Below, piece by piece: positions 52,040-64,000 of a DNA stretch of 64,000 nucleotides. The position numbers were made by a program, and so were the translations under genes. The stretch spans positions 425,533-489,532 of the forward strand of contig ML992515.1 of assembly GCA_010093995.1 (NCBI GenBank). The letters are read 5' to 3'. The notes beneath the pieces are model-generated. The model did no database searches and was not told the DNA's origin. It saw only the letters and a program-made list of their open reading frames with translations. Position 1 is the stretch's first letter; each line of letters starts with the position of its first letter. This DNA is from Elsinoe ampelina. Lineage: Eukaryota.

Positions 52040-52450
52040 TAATTATAATAGCTTAGGAAATTATAGCGAGGCGTTATAGAAGTTAGTCTTTAAGATGCTT
52101 AAGACATACCCTAAGTATTTAGCAACAGCAGTAAAAGACTTAGGTTAGTAAGTTATCTTTAGGTTAGTTTCACTAACGGAGTTAGCAGTCTAAGAGGAAA
52201 GTTTATTCTCTATAATAAGTTTACTAATAAGACTCTAATATAGATAATAGCGCTTTACTCTATTTGCTATTATATCGTAGGGATCTACTTAATACTACTA
52301 GAGTAGTTACTAAGGACTTATTCCTTTCTATCTAACGGACAAGATCTATAATAACACTAGCTTAGAAGACCTACTAGGGAACATTCTTGTTAATCTCTAT
52401 ATATATACTATGCGCGGGAAACGAGTCGAGGAAGAAGCTACCCTTTAGTA
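52040..52450 (+). pseudogene. BTB/POZ-like domain relic (C-terminal part)
   Basis: DKIY(D)NTSxEDLLGNILV(D)LY. DNA-level match to 53.90-53.99 kb. Confidence 0.45.
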
Positions 52451-53319
52451 TAGTAAGTAGCCTCTTCCTTGTTCTCTAAAGCCTCCTCTATATCTACGTA
52501 GGTTATAAGTATTTCCTTATAAGATTATTAGTACATAATATGTATATAACAAATCCTATTTATAAGATTATATACTAGATTATCCTATATGCGCTATTAC
52601 TACAACTACTACTTAGTGGTAGTAATAGTAGAGCGGCGGGATATAGTAGGAAAAAGTGTTATTATACTTACCTCTAAGAGGGGAATACTCTCTTTCTTCC
52701 CTATACCTTTCTTCTCGCTCTCCGCTATAGTAAGGTATACTATAACTAAAGCTACTACTACTGCTTCCTCTATAACTACTATTACTCGTACACGGCTACG
52801 ACTATAGGTTATTACTAGAAGCTTAGTACGTATCGGAGTGACCTTATCTTTAACATATAGTAATAAAGTGCTACGATCTTAACCCGGACACTGCCTCTAT
52901 TACCTCTCCGACGACTACTATAACTAGCGCCGAGAGCTAGTAAGGTAAGAAGCGTACTACCCCTACCTTCGCTAGTGTCTATAGCTATGCTAGCATTAAG
53001 CTCGGCAAGGCAGAGGAGAAGGGTAAGAAGCAGAAGGAGCCTCTTATTATTACTAATTACCTCCTTGCCGATAACCTTGTAGATAGGTAGTTAGAGTAGA
53101 TCTTAAACTTCCTAGAAAGAGTATTTACTTCTCTGCTATAACTGTCTTCGAGCTGTCGTTTAGACTGCTATATCCTTAGTACTATCTCTAGGGCTGCTTA
53201 GACACTATACCGATATTCGTCGGACCTTACTTTTCTAGGTAGTCTTTTATAGCTCTAGAATTATCCTTCTAGTAGATATACTATTCCGTGTTAGTAGACA
53301 AGGGATTAGCTTAGCCTAA

Positions 53320-54003
53320 ACTAAATGTCTATTACATTTCCCGTACCTGTCTATGTTAGTGTTAATCTTCTTAGAATAGGCTATAGCCTTACTACTATAG
53401 CTACTATTAACGTAGTATATCTAGCTCCTATTATTATTCTCTTCCTATATTACCGATAACTTCTAAGTACTAGAATAGGTCTATAGGTATTTATACTTAA
53501 TGTCGTAACTATACTTAGCTATAATAATTAAGTCCTTCTTAGGAAAAGCTTTCTTACATCTACGAGTCTAAGTTATAAATGCCCCTCTATAAGCTTATTT
53601 TACATTATTAACGATATAGGCCGCTAGATAGTAGAACTCGTAGGCTATAGGGCAATAGAGGCGCTTTTCGTTAGTGTTAACCTTTGTTACTAGCTATATA
53701 GTCGCGCGAAAGTGCTTGTCTTTAGAGACATCTAACACTTTAATAGACAACTAAGTAGAGACGATAAAATAGAGTTAGAATAAGTATATATTAGTTTAGG
53801 GTTTTATATTGTAAGCTAGAGAATAAGGCGTATAATGTCTGCTTTCCTATTATAGCAAAAGCGCTTCTATACCGAGCTTTAATAATATAGAGTATATACT
53901 TCCTCTCTATCTAGTAGATAAGATCTATAATAACACTAGCTTAGAGAGCTCTCTCCGGAAGATGCTTGTTGATTTCTATATCTATTCTAGTCGCGGCAAG
54001 TAG
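53320..54003 (+). pseudogene. BTB/POZ-like domain gene relic
   Basis: LVDKIY(D)NTSxESSLRKMLVDFY resembles the IYxNTxxxSPLRxLLVD motif of fungal BTB proteins. Confidence 0.55.
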
Positions 54004-54031
54004 AGTATTTGTCTAATCTAAGGCACGTATA

Positions 54032-54097
54032 GTGCATTTAACTAAAATTAGGTAGGTACGGTGCGTTTAACTAAATTTAGGTAGGTACGGTGCATTT
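54032..54097. repeat. Subterminal tandem repeat, 29-bp unit, about 2.3 copies
   Basis: GTGCRTTTAACTAAAWTTAGGTAGGTACG at 54032 and 54061, with a partial copy at 54090. Confidence 0.88.
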
Positions 54098-57000
54098 GTA
54101 GCGACCTAACATAGTTGAACTTAGTTTAATACGGAGAAACCTAATATTCTAACTCTCTAGTAGCGCCGATAGTAACTTTATTAGCTAGTATTTTACTATA
54201 CACTATTATATCGCTATCGACCCCTTAGTAGTATACTAAGTACACGGCTTAGACAAATACGAATTAACTACCTATAGATATACTAAGTTAGCCTTTACTA
54301 TTAAGAATAGTAAAGGAATAACATAGGCGTTACGCTAGTAGTTCGAAAGTGTTAATATAACTAGTTACAATCTTATATTAGGCCTACTATAGCTATTGTC
54401 CTATAACTTCGAGATTTAGTAGAGCGCTAGTATATAGAGGCATTATACTAGCGCTATATAGGTGTTAATCCTAGATATACCTTTCTTCTCCTAGGAGCTA
54501 AATTAGTCTAACGCCTAGCTCTATCTAGTATATATATACTAGGACGAACCTAGCGCCCCGACCCTACTATACTAGCTTAATAACTACGTAGACGTTTTAA
54601 ATAAGAGCGTAGTAATAGTACTACCGGGTAATAATTTTACTTACTCTATTAATATTAAAGAGAGAGAATAGCTACTCTAGGGACCTATCTACTCCCTTAG
54701 TAAGAAGAAGCTTTAGGTACTTCGAGAGTATATAGATAATAGCTTAGCGATAGGTTAACTCTAGTATAGTACTAGCCCTACGGGGTCTTCTATTCTATTC
54801 GTTCCTAAGAAGGATAGTTCGCTACGCCTATATATTAACTATTATAGGCTAAATAATGTTACTATTAAGAACTATTACCCCTTACCCCTAATTACTAAGA
54901 TGCTTAATTACATTAAGGGCATATACTTGTTTAGTAAGCTAGACCTTATAGATACCTACTATAGAGTATATATCTAGCATAGCAATAAATAGAAGATAGT
55001 ATTCTACTATTGCTATAGCTACTTTAAATATACTATTATACCTTTTAGCCTTACTAATGCCCTAGCTATATTCTAGACTTATATATATTAGTACTTAAGT
55101 AGCTTAGTAGACTACTACTATATTATATACCTAGACGATATTCTAATCTACGCTAGCGACGAGTAAGAGTATTACTAGGCTATTAGGAGCGTACTAGACT
55201 ACCTACGTAAGAATAGCCTCTATATAAAACTAAAGAAGTATATCTTCGAGATAATATAGGTAGTATTTCTAGGCTATGTCGTTAGTAGTAATAGCGTTAT
55301 AATAGAGTAGCTCTAGGTATAAGCCGTCGCTAACTAGCTTACCTCTACTAGCCTTAAGGAGTTATAAACCTTTCTTAGATTTACTAATTTCTACTATTGA
55401 TTTATTAAGAGCTTCTCCTATATAGCGCTACTACTAACTATACTTATATAAGAGTTAGTCTAAGGGAAGTAAGTAGGCCTATTTCTATAGAGTAACGACA
55501 TATTATAGGCCTTCGATAGGCTTAAAGCTACCTTTACGTAAGTGTCTATACTATGCTACTTTTTATTAGGTAAGCCCCTCCGGCTCGAGACTAACGCTTT
55601 AGATTTTATACTCTCTAGAGTAATTTCCTAGTAAAACAAAAGCGATACTCCTACGCGACACTAGCACTCTATAGCGTTCTAGTCCTAGAAGCTATAAGGT
55701 ATAGAACTAAACTATACTACCTACGATAAAGAGCTTCTTACTATCGTAGAAGTAGCGTAGTACTAGCGCTAATACCTACTTAGCGCTACTACTCTAATTA
55801 AAGTCCTCTCTAACTATAATAACCTTAGGTATTTCCTAACTACTAAGAAGCTTTTATAGCGCTAGGCCCGCTATACTAAGGTACTAGTATAGTTTAATAT
55901 TATTATCTAGTACTATAGTAAGAAGACTAACTTAGCTAATAGTCTATTATATAGGCCTAACTACTATAAGCATAAAGAAGATATATAGAAAGAGCGCTAT
56001 ATATTAGTCTCTCTCTTAGAATAAGCGTTATAAACGCGAAGTAAAGGAGTTATACCTATATCTATTATAGACAAGAAACCTAAGGCTAGTAGGGCCTAGA
56101 AAGACAGTAATAAAGCTAGTATAGCTTATATACCTTAAACTACTCCCTAACGTAACGCGCTTATATAATTCTAGCGTACCTCTAGAATAGCGCCTATAAG
56201 TCTACCTATTACCTTAGGAGCGCTATAGCTATACTAAGAAGAGTTAGAGCCTCTAGAGTAAGAAGAGTAGCGCCTAGAGGACACTTACGCGGACCTTTCT
56301 CTAAGCCTAACTAGTAATATTAAATCGGAACGATATATGTCTACTCTAGTATTCTAGGACGTTCTACTACTCGCCTAGGAGACGCTAGAGAGCTAAGGGT
56401 AAGAAGAAAGCGTAACGCCTATATAACTCTAGGATACTCTTAGTAGAGAGCCTACTATAATTTTAGACTAGAGTTAGTAGATTATATATCTCTACGCTAC
56501 GTAAGTACTAGTAAATAAGACTATATATACTTCTTTTACTTCTATATCGCTCTAGGACCTTATCTATATAGTATAGTAAAGAGACACCTTTACTTATAGT
56601 AAGAAATAGAAACTTCTAAAAGAGAGAACCTTAACTAGTAACAGTGCTACCCCTAAGTAGAGCCTGTCTAGTAATAGCTTACTCCGGAATAGAGATAGGG
56701 TATATATCCTAGAAGAAACTACCTTAAGAGTAGAGCTTATATAGTATAATTATAACAACTCTTTAGGGAGTTACTTTAGCTATATAAAGACCTATCTTAA
56801 TATAAGAAGGAAGTACTAGTAGCTAGGTATGTCTATTACTATAAAAGCATATATCGAGCGCTACGACAGCTACTAAAGGCATAAGGTAACGTAGTATAAG
56901 CCTTATAGCCTCCTATAACTCTTACTAATCCTGCCTATACTCGAGGCCTTATAACACTAGTTACTTAATTTTATTACTAGCTTACCCCTAGTAGAGCTCC

Positions 57001-60000
57001 GGCCTAGCGTTATTATAGACGCAATTATTATGTATATCTATTACTTATCTAAGTTTAGTATCTATATGCCGATGTTAACTAAGCTTAACACTAGAGACTT
57101 TACTAATCTATTTAAAACAGACATTATAACATTGTTTAGAACGCTAAAGACGCTAGTCTTAGATAGAGAGTCTATCTTTATAAGCAAATTCTAGAGTGCG
57201 CTATACTAGCGCTAGAAGGCGTAATATAAGCTTAGTACTAGTTTCTATCCGTAGATAGATAGCTAAACTAAAAGGCAAAACTAGACGCTAGAGTAGTACC
57301 TACGCTACTTTATTAACTATTACTAGACGGACTAGCTATACTAGGTTAAGTAGGCGTAATTCGTGCCTATAACACGTATTAAGCGTTACTATATACTACG
57401 CTAGTGTAGTTCTTATTTATATAGGAAATACGCCTACTTAATAATATTAAGGTACTAGCGCTACCTAGCTACGTACTAGCGTATAACCTATTAGTTAATA
57501 ACTAAGTGTAATCTATTACCGAAACGTATATAGAGCTTGCCTAATACCTATATAAAGCATAGAAAGACTAAACGCTAGCCTATAATAGAGATTAATAAGT
57601 AAAAGTCTTCTATAATAGTAACGAGGTTATACTTAGTACTAAGAACCTTTATAGCGCAAGACCTAGCTATAAGCTATTAGCTAAATACATTAGGCCGTTT
57701 ATAGTTATATAACGAATTAGTACGTAGGTATATAAGCTACGCTTACTAGATAAAATAAAGCTAATCTATAACGTCTTTAACGTTGCGCTACTAGAGCCTT
57801 ATAGGCGTAGTAAGAGTATATACCTACCGCCTCTAGAGGTAGAAGAGCAAGAGAAATATATTATTAAACACATTCTTAATAAGGGCTATACTAGTACCCT
57901 AAAGGCGCTATACTATCTAGTAAAGTAGTAGGGTTACCCTATAGAAGAAAGTATATAGGAGCTAGCAAAAAACCTTATAAACGCTAAGGAATTACTATAT
58001 AAGTACGAGGTAGCTTAGCATAAGTATAGCGCTAGCTAAACACTCTAGATATACTTAGGATTAATAAGTTAAAGGCATAAATCGTAAAGTAAAAAGCACC
58101 TAGGCGTAGCGCTAGGTTAGCTTAGAGTATTATTAGTATATATAGGGGAAACACTAGCGTAGCGAAAACTATAGAATTATACTAAAGCGAAGGGGGCGTA
58201 GTATAGGCGTAGCGCCCTAGCCCTCTCTACCTTAACTATCTATAATATTCTCCTTAGTCTTATCCTTATTATTCTTATTATCCTCCCTAACACTATTAAT
58301 ATACCTAGTTAGCGCCCTCGTAGCGTTATTAATTACCTACGTAGTAGTAGCTTACTTATTCTTAGTAACTACCTATAAGGAAGTTAGCGTAGCTTACACG
58401 TTATAGAGGCATACTTCTAGACTTATATAATTAGTTAAAGCCTTAAGTATAAAGCTAGTATTACTAACTATACTTAGGCGTAGCGCCTTTACTAGCTACT
58501 TAGTATTAACTTTAGGGGCGGAGAGTATAGTAATAGCGCTATTATAGCGTAAAGAAGTTACACTATTACTCTTACTCTTATTAACTACCTTACTCTTGCC
58601 CTTAGTGTTAGACTTGCTCTATATACGCTTAGCGCTAGCCTTCTCGCATATATAGTTAGTATAGGTAGTAATCTAGCACTTTAGGAGAATAATATCCTTC
58701 TTAGAAGTAGTAGCGTCGTTATAGAGTAGTATATATATAGTAAAGTATTTATTCTAGAGCTTCTTAGTAGTAACTTAATTCTTAGAGTTAAGCTTAGTAG
58801 GCTACTAAGGTTAGTATAAAGTAGACACGGCATAGGTGTAGAGTATACCTAGTAGTAGTATTTGTTACTATAACTATAACAATTATAGTAGGTAGCCTTA
58901 GCCTTAGTAATCTAGTAGAGAGAATTCTTAATAGGGAGTATACTATCTTTAAGCTAAAAGTACTTATCAATAGCAATAGCGTAGCGTAAGTATAGTATAG
59001 AGTACTAGTTCTAGTTAGTAAAATCGCTCTTATAAGGTCTATAAAAGGTTAGCGCTAGCGTAGCGTAAGTACTATATATAATACTTACTCCTTAGGGATT
59101 TTAAGAGCTATAGTTATTAAAGTACGTAAGCGTATAGGAGGTAAGCTAGCGTAGGGCTAGAATAATAAAAGAAATTTTTTTTTGCTACGTAGGTACTATA
59201 CTAGGTTAGTAAATAAACAACTAAATAGACAAGCCTAATAGCTAGATCTATAGTAGCGTAGGCTTAGTATATACGCTAAGCCTCCTCTACTAGCCCTTAG
59301 GCTAGTAAGACCTAGTCTATACTATATAGCACCTAAAATAGATTACTAGTATAGTGTTAGACCTACGTAAGTATAGAGCTAGTATTAAGTAGAATACTTA
59401 CGCGAAGGAAGTATTATAAAGGAGAAAAGAAGGAGAGAAGGAAAAGAAAAGGATATATATCTAGCTCTAAGCTAAGACTAATCTAGAGAATAATAGGTAG
59501 TAGTATACGACAATAGATAGATTCTTATATATAAAGATAATAACATAAGAGCGCTATATTCTACATGTAAAGAATCTATACTATCGCTACTATATCTAGC
59601 ATATAAAGAATAATACTAGCTAGTATAAGCGCGCTATACGTACAAAGAGCGTACTATACCTAAGAGGCGCTAGTAAGACGCTCTTTCTTAGTTTTCTCCT
59701 ATACTAGGTTTTCTAGGTTTTATTAAGGCTCGTAGGCGCAAGGGCGTACTCTCTAAAGAGGAGAAATAATTATAAGAACTAACGTAGTAAGTATATTACG
59801 CTAGCTTATCTCGGAGATACTATTCCCTATAGAAGAATAAAATACTTTTCGCCTATATAATAGATAGAGTAGAGATTAGTCTTACGACAATCGAGGGTAC
59901 ACTAGTGTAATACCTGTTCTACTCCTATATACTTATCTTCCTAGCTCTAATATTCTACCTTCGTTACAATTAGCTAGATATTACAATTTACTAATAATTC

Positions 60001-63000
60001 TATTAAATGTCTTATAGTATTAAGCATTAACTTAGCTATTAGTTAGTTTATAGAGTTAATTAATAGGATGCTTTATAGTTCTTACTTAGTAAAGATTATA
60101 GCCTTTAAGCTTCTCCTTTAAGTAGTATAATTACTTAATCTTAATTATGTCCTTAGTTCTATAAAGTTAAACACTAAGAAAGAGGTTTAAGTTTATAATC
60201 TTTATTAGAAACTTAAGATAAAGATCTTTAACTAGCTTATCTATATACTTCTACCTAGTAGTAATAATCCTAAAGTTATTAACATATATAAGAACTATAT
60301 AATACTTGTTAATAAAGAGANNNNNNNNNNNNNNNNNNNNNNNNNNNNNNNNNNNNNNNNNNNNNNNNNNNNNNNNNNNNNNNNNNNNNNNNNNNNNNNN
60401 NNNNNNNNNNNNNNNNNNNNNNNNNNNNNNNNNNNNNNNNNNNNNNNNNNNNNNNNNNNNATATATAAGAATTACTCTTCTAGTTTTAGCTCTTAGTATT
60501 AGTATAAAGGTTCTAATAAAGTTAATACCTACTCTTTAAGTAAAGCCCCTTATAGTCTAACGAGCCTTATATCTTTTAACTTTACTATTAGTAAGCCTCT
60601 TAGTCTTAAAGATCTATTTACCTATTATTAGCCTAATACCTCTTAGTACCTATAATTTCTTAATAATTAAAAAGGTTTTAGAGTTAGTTAGAGCCTTTTA
60701 CTCTACCTCTATTATAGCTTACTAGTAATAACCTTTAGGAGAGAATAGTATATCTCTTACTATTTATAGGTCTAGCTTAAAATTAATAGTTATAGATTTA
60801 ATAATCTTACTATTATTAAGCTTCTTATAATTAATCTAGTAATATGTTCTAAAGGACCTTCTAATAGTTTCTTATAGTAAGAAAGATCTCTTCCTTTTAC
60901 TAGTTAGAGGTTATATATTAAATAGTATAATAAGGAAGTTAATATCCTTATTCTATATATATATTAGTAGTTAAATAACATTAACTATAGGATTAAAGGT
61001 TAAATGTAGTTTACTAATAACTTTAGGTAGTAGTGTTATAAAGTCTTTACTCTTATAATTAGTAATAATAAGTTGCTTCTCCTATTTATTAATAGGTTAA
61101 GGATCTAGTTTAAGATATTAGTATTACTCCCCTTATTCTTTAATAGGGGTAGATAATTGTTATTTATATCTAGGGATTAAAGGGTAGTTAGATATTAGTT
61201 GTTTAGCTTAAGGTTATTTAGCCTAAGTAGTTTATAGATTCTTATAACTAAAGGGTAGTTAATTATAGCTATAGCCTTAATTATAATTACTACTAAATAT
61301 CTACTCCCCCTAAAGCTATAAAGCCTTAAGTTATTATACCTATAGGATATATAGCTATTTAATAACTTATATTACTTAGTCTTTATAGACTATGTTCTTA
61401 TTAAATGTTATATAGGGTAATATAATAATCTTTCCCTTCTAGGCTTACTAAGTATAATACTAATAGAGTATCTAGATAAGGTAATTAGTTATTAAGTTAT
61501 TCTATATGCTAATATACTAACTAAGTAGTACTCTAGCTTAGAATTTGTATAATTTAGAAACATATTAGTTATAGATATAGGCTCTATAGCTAAAGCGTCT
61601 AATATAAGTTAATAAGACTAGCCTATTATTATTAAGAAGATCCTTTCTTAGTACTTATATAGGGATCTTCTTAGTTTTAGTATAGGTAATTCTATTACTA
61701 ATATAAATTATAAACTCTATAACTATATACTAGAGTTTAAGGGGTNNNNNNNNNNNNNNNNNNNNNNNNNNNNNNNNNNNNNNNNNNNNNNNNNNNNNNN
61801 NNNNNNNNNNNNNNNNNNNNNNNNNNNNNNNNNNNNNNNNNNNNNNNNNNNNNNNNNNNNNNNNNNNNNNNNNNNNNNNNNNNNNNNNNNNNNNNNNNNN
61901 NNNNNNNNNNNNNNNNNNNNNNNNNNNNNNNNNNNNNNNNNNNNNNNNNNNNNNNNNNNNNNNNNNNNNNNNNNNNNNNNNNNNNNNNNNNNNNNNNNNN
62001 NNNNNNNNNNNNNNNNNNNNNNNNNNNNNNNNNNNNNNNNNNNNNNNNNNNNNNNNNNNNNNNNNNNNNNNNNNNNNNNNNNNNNNNNNNNNNNNNNNNN
62101 NNNNNNNNNNNNNNNNNNNNNNNNNNNNNNNNNNNNNNNNNNNNNNNNNNNNNNNNNNNNNNNNNNNNNNNNNNNNNNNNNNNNNNNNNNNNNNNNNNNN
62201 NNNNNNNNNNNNNNNNNNNNNNNNNNNNNNNNNNNNNNNNNNNNNNNNNNNNNNNNNNNNNNNNNNNNNNNNNNNNNNNNNNNNNNNNNNNNNNNNNNNN
62301 NNNNNNNNNNNNNNNNNNNNNNNNNNNNNNNNNNNNNNNNNNNNNNNNNNNNNNNNNNNNNNNNNNNNNNNNGTAAGCCTAACTATACTAACTTCTATAT
62401 TAAGTAGCTTCTTTATACTAATAGCTTATTTAAATTTAAAAATACCTTTATATATCTTAATTATCAAGAACTATAACCTGTCTTTAATAAAGTGCCTTAA
62501 TATACTAGAGTTATAGATTACTCTATTCTTACTATAGGTTAAAGATAATAATATAGATACTACTACTACCCTATAGACTAGTATAATAATATTAATATTA
62601 GTGTTAGAGTATTTATCTAATTTACTTGCCTTAGTAGATTCTCTAGATTCTTTAATAGCTGCTTAACTTCTAACTTTCTTAGTCTTTAACTTGTTACTTT
62701 TGCCTTTAGCCTTTATACCTTTATTATTTAACCTATCTTTATTATCCCTTTTACTCTAACTCTTTAGTGCTTTCTTAGAGTACTACTTAAAGTAATCCGT
62801 ATTAGAGTAGACATAATAAGTATATTAAGTGTATTAATCCTTAATATAACTAGCTACTCTATAAATAGGGTTTAGATTAGTTCTTCTATTATATAGGGGC
62901 TTCTATATTCTAAGAGAGCCTATTATCTCTTTAAGACTCTTCTTATAGTTAAGGCTAGATCTTTAGCTCCTTAACTATTTAGTAGTCTTTATTCCTATAA

Positions 63001-63774
63001 TAAATATAGTCTTAATATAGTATAGAGGGAGCCTAAACTTATCTAGTTTAGCACTAATAGTACTTACTCTTTGCTCTATAGTAATAGTGTATTAATAATA
63101 GTACTTTATAAAATCTTTATAGTACCTTTAGGTGTTATAACTTATTATAATTACCTTATTAAGGTTATAGATAGCTATATATAGCTTATATAAAATAACA
63201 AGTTTAAATATAGCTTTAATAGTATCTAGAAGTTCCTTTAAAGTCTTCTAAGTTGTACTATAGTAAGGTCTAATAGATTTATAAATCCTTATTATAATAA
63301 TACTATAAGCAATTCTATTATTCTTATACTAGGTCTTATTCCTAACCTTATAGACTACCTTAGTGCCTTTACTAGTATCTAGGGCTAGTTCTTTAGGCTT
63401 TATAACTACTAGTATCTAGTTAATACTATAAATTATATATCTAAGTATATCCTTTTTAAGGAGGGCTACCTTAAGGGTTAATCTCTAAGTATTATAGTTA
63501 CTTTCTCTCTTAAGAATCTAAGTCTCGAGCATTTTTGCTAATCTAAATATAATAATAGTAATTAGCTAAAGGCCTATTAATTTAATTAATATAATTAGCT
63601 TGTTTAAGCTATTTAAGCCGTTTAATTAAAGGGTTAATATAGGCTACTATAAGTGTTTATCTTAATATAGCTAGTCTAGAATTTAGTGTAGGCGGCTTAG
63701 TAATCCTTTTAATAATAATACGCTTAATTTGCTATAGCTTTAAGTGCTTTTATAGAAGCGCCGGGCTTATAACC

Positions 63775-63916
63775 TGTTATAACTAGCAAATCGGATCGAG
63801 AGACGTATGTTTTATTTAGAGAGTTATAATAACCGATTTATCTACTGTGCGTACGCTGACTCATCAGTACCAGTTCTTCAGTGCCAGAGAAGCTGTACCA
63901 GCCTTCTATTACAACA
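63775..63916 (-). repeat. Copia 5' LTR (142 bp)
   Basis: Direct repeat of 19150-19291, followed by TSD CGATC. Confidence 0.95.
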
Positions 63917-63965
63917 CGATCTGGTCATGCACGAACAAACTCTCTTTCCATCATTCTCAACCAAA

Positions 63966-64000
63966 ATGGACCAAGTCAAGCCACAGAACGACAGAAGCGG
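63966..64000 (+). CDS. Possible start of a host gene (MDQVKPQNDRS...), truncated by the window edge
   Basis: ATG in strong fungal context (CCAAAATGG) after a CT-rich leader, in non-RIP sequence. Only 35 nt are visible. Confidence 0.4.
   Translation, partial: MDQVKPQNDRS

Larger units (their letters stand above)
30530..54129. mobile_element. Putative giant (about 23.6 kb) Plavaka-transposase DNA element with cargo genes, RIP-inactivated
   Basis: It interrupts Gypsy 2 at the start of pol. Removing it together with one TA copy (30528-29 / 54130-31) restores the reading frame. The ends carry imperfect inverted motifs of about 22 bp, and the interior contains transposase and helicase relics. Boundaries are uncertain by about 140 bp. 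Confidence 0.7.
29041..59968 (+). mobile_element. RIP-inactivated Ty3/Gypsy chromovirus 2 (about 7.3 kb plus a 23.6-kb insertion)
   Basis: 198-bp LTRs at 29041-29238 and 59771-59968 with TSD ATTAG. gag with a back-corrected CNICKSPDHWAPNC knuckle near 30.35 kb. pol resumes near 54.13 kb (SGADSNFI), with YLDD at 55,128-55,139 and chromodomain YLVK(W)(Q)GY near 57.91 kb. Confidence 0.95.
19150..63916 (-). mobile_element. RIP-inactivated Ty1/Copia LTR retrotransposon, the outermost element (about 6.4 kb once nested inserts are removed)
   Basis: 142-bp LTRs at 19150-19291 and 63775-63916 with TG..CA ends, and TSD CGATC at 19145-19149 and 63917-63921. PPT complement CTCCCCCTC at 19292-19300. PBS-like GGTTAT(G/A)AGCCC on the minus strand next to the right LTR. 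Back-corrected RT motif IGKLQYLANNTRPD reads in frame across the 59,969/29,040 junction, and RNase H motifs DSDFAGD, SSTEAEY and IDN..SKHID read across 28,653/21,198. Confidence 0.93.

Noticed and set aside
42041..54097. Tandem repeats as a CRISPR-like array
   Set aside because: Only 2-2.3 contiguous copies, no unique spacers, and a eukaryotic context.
30530..54129. Starship, Crypton or Helitron identity for the large insertion
   Set aside because: I could not recognise DUF3435/tyrosine-recombinase or Rep/PIF1 motifs. The helicase motifs are SF2/SNF2-type. RIP damage means this is not fully excluded.
22264..60539. Short Leu/Ile/Tyr/Ser-rich ORFs in the ORF track within the AT-rich block
   Set aside because: They are chance or antisense frames in RIP-mutated DNA. 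23155-23343 is only a surviving piece of Gypsy pol.
19150..63916. Centromere, or horizontally acquired AT-rich DNA
   Set aside because: AT richness is explained by CpA/TpG-to-TpA RIP of nested TEs. Centromere function cannot be inferred from sequence alone.

Overview
Filamentous ascomycete (Pezizomycotina-type) genomic DNA with two sharply separated compartments. 1-19.15 kb is gene-dense with balanced base composition: RAD16 3' end, a cation diffusion facilitator, PDX1/SNZ1, a large secreted protein, two F-box-like paralogs, a probable GPI-anchored protein, an importin-beta family karyopherin, aminopeptidase P and a FUN14 protein. 19,150-63,916 is an AT-rich, heavily RIP-mutated block that resolves into one nested structure. 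A minus-strand Copia element (142-bp LTRs, CGATC target-site duplication) spans the whole block. Two Gypsy chromoviruses sit inside it (21,199-28,652, TSD AGTAG; 29,041-59,968, TSD ATTAG). The second Gypsy is interrupted by a ~23.6-kb insertion (about 30,530-54,129). That insertion carries a Plavaka-type transposase relic, an SNF2-like helicase relic, a degenerate helicase paralog, two BTB-like segments, several unidentified genes and an internal ~7-kb module duplication. This putative giant cargo-carrying DNA transposon is the most interesting object in the window. Protein calls inside the RIP block come from manual translation with RIP back-correction (TA read as CA or TG) and need HMM confirmation.
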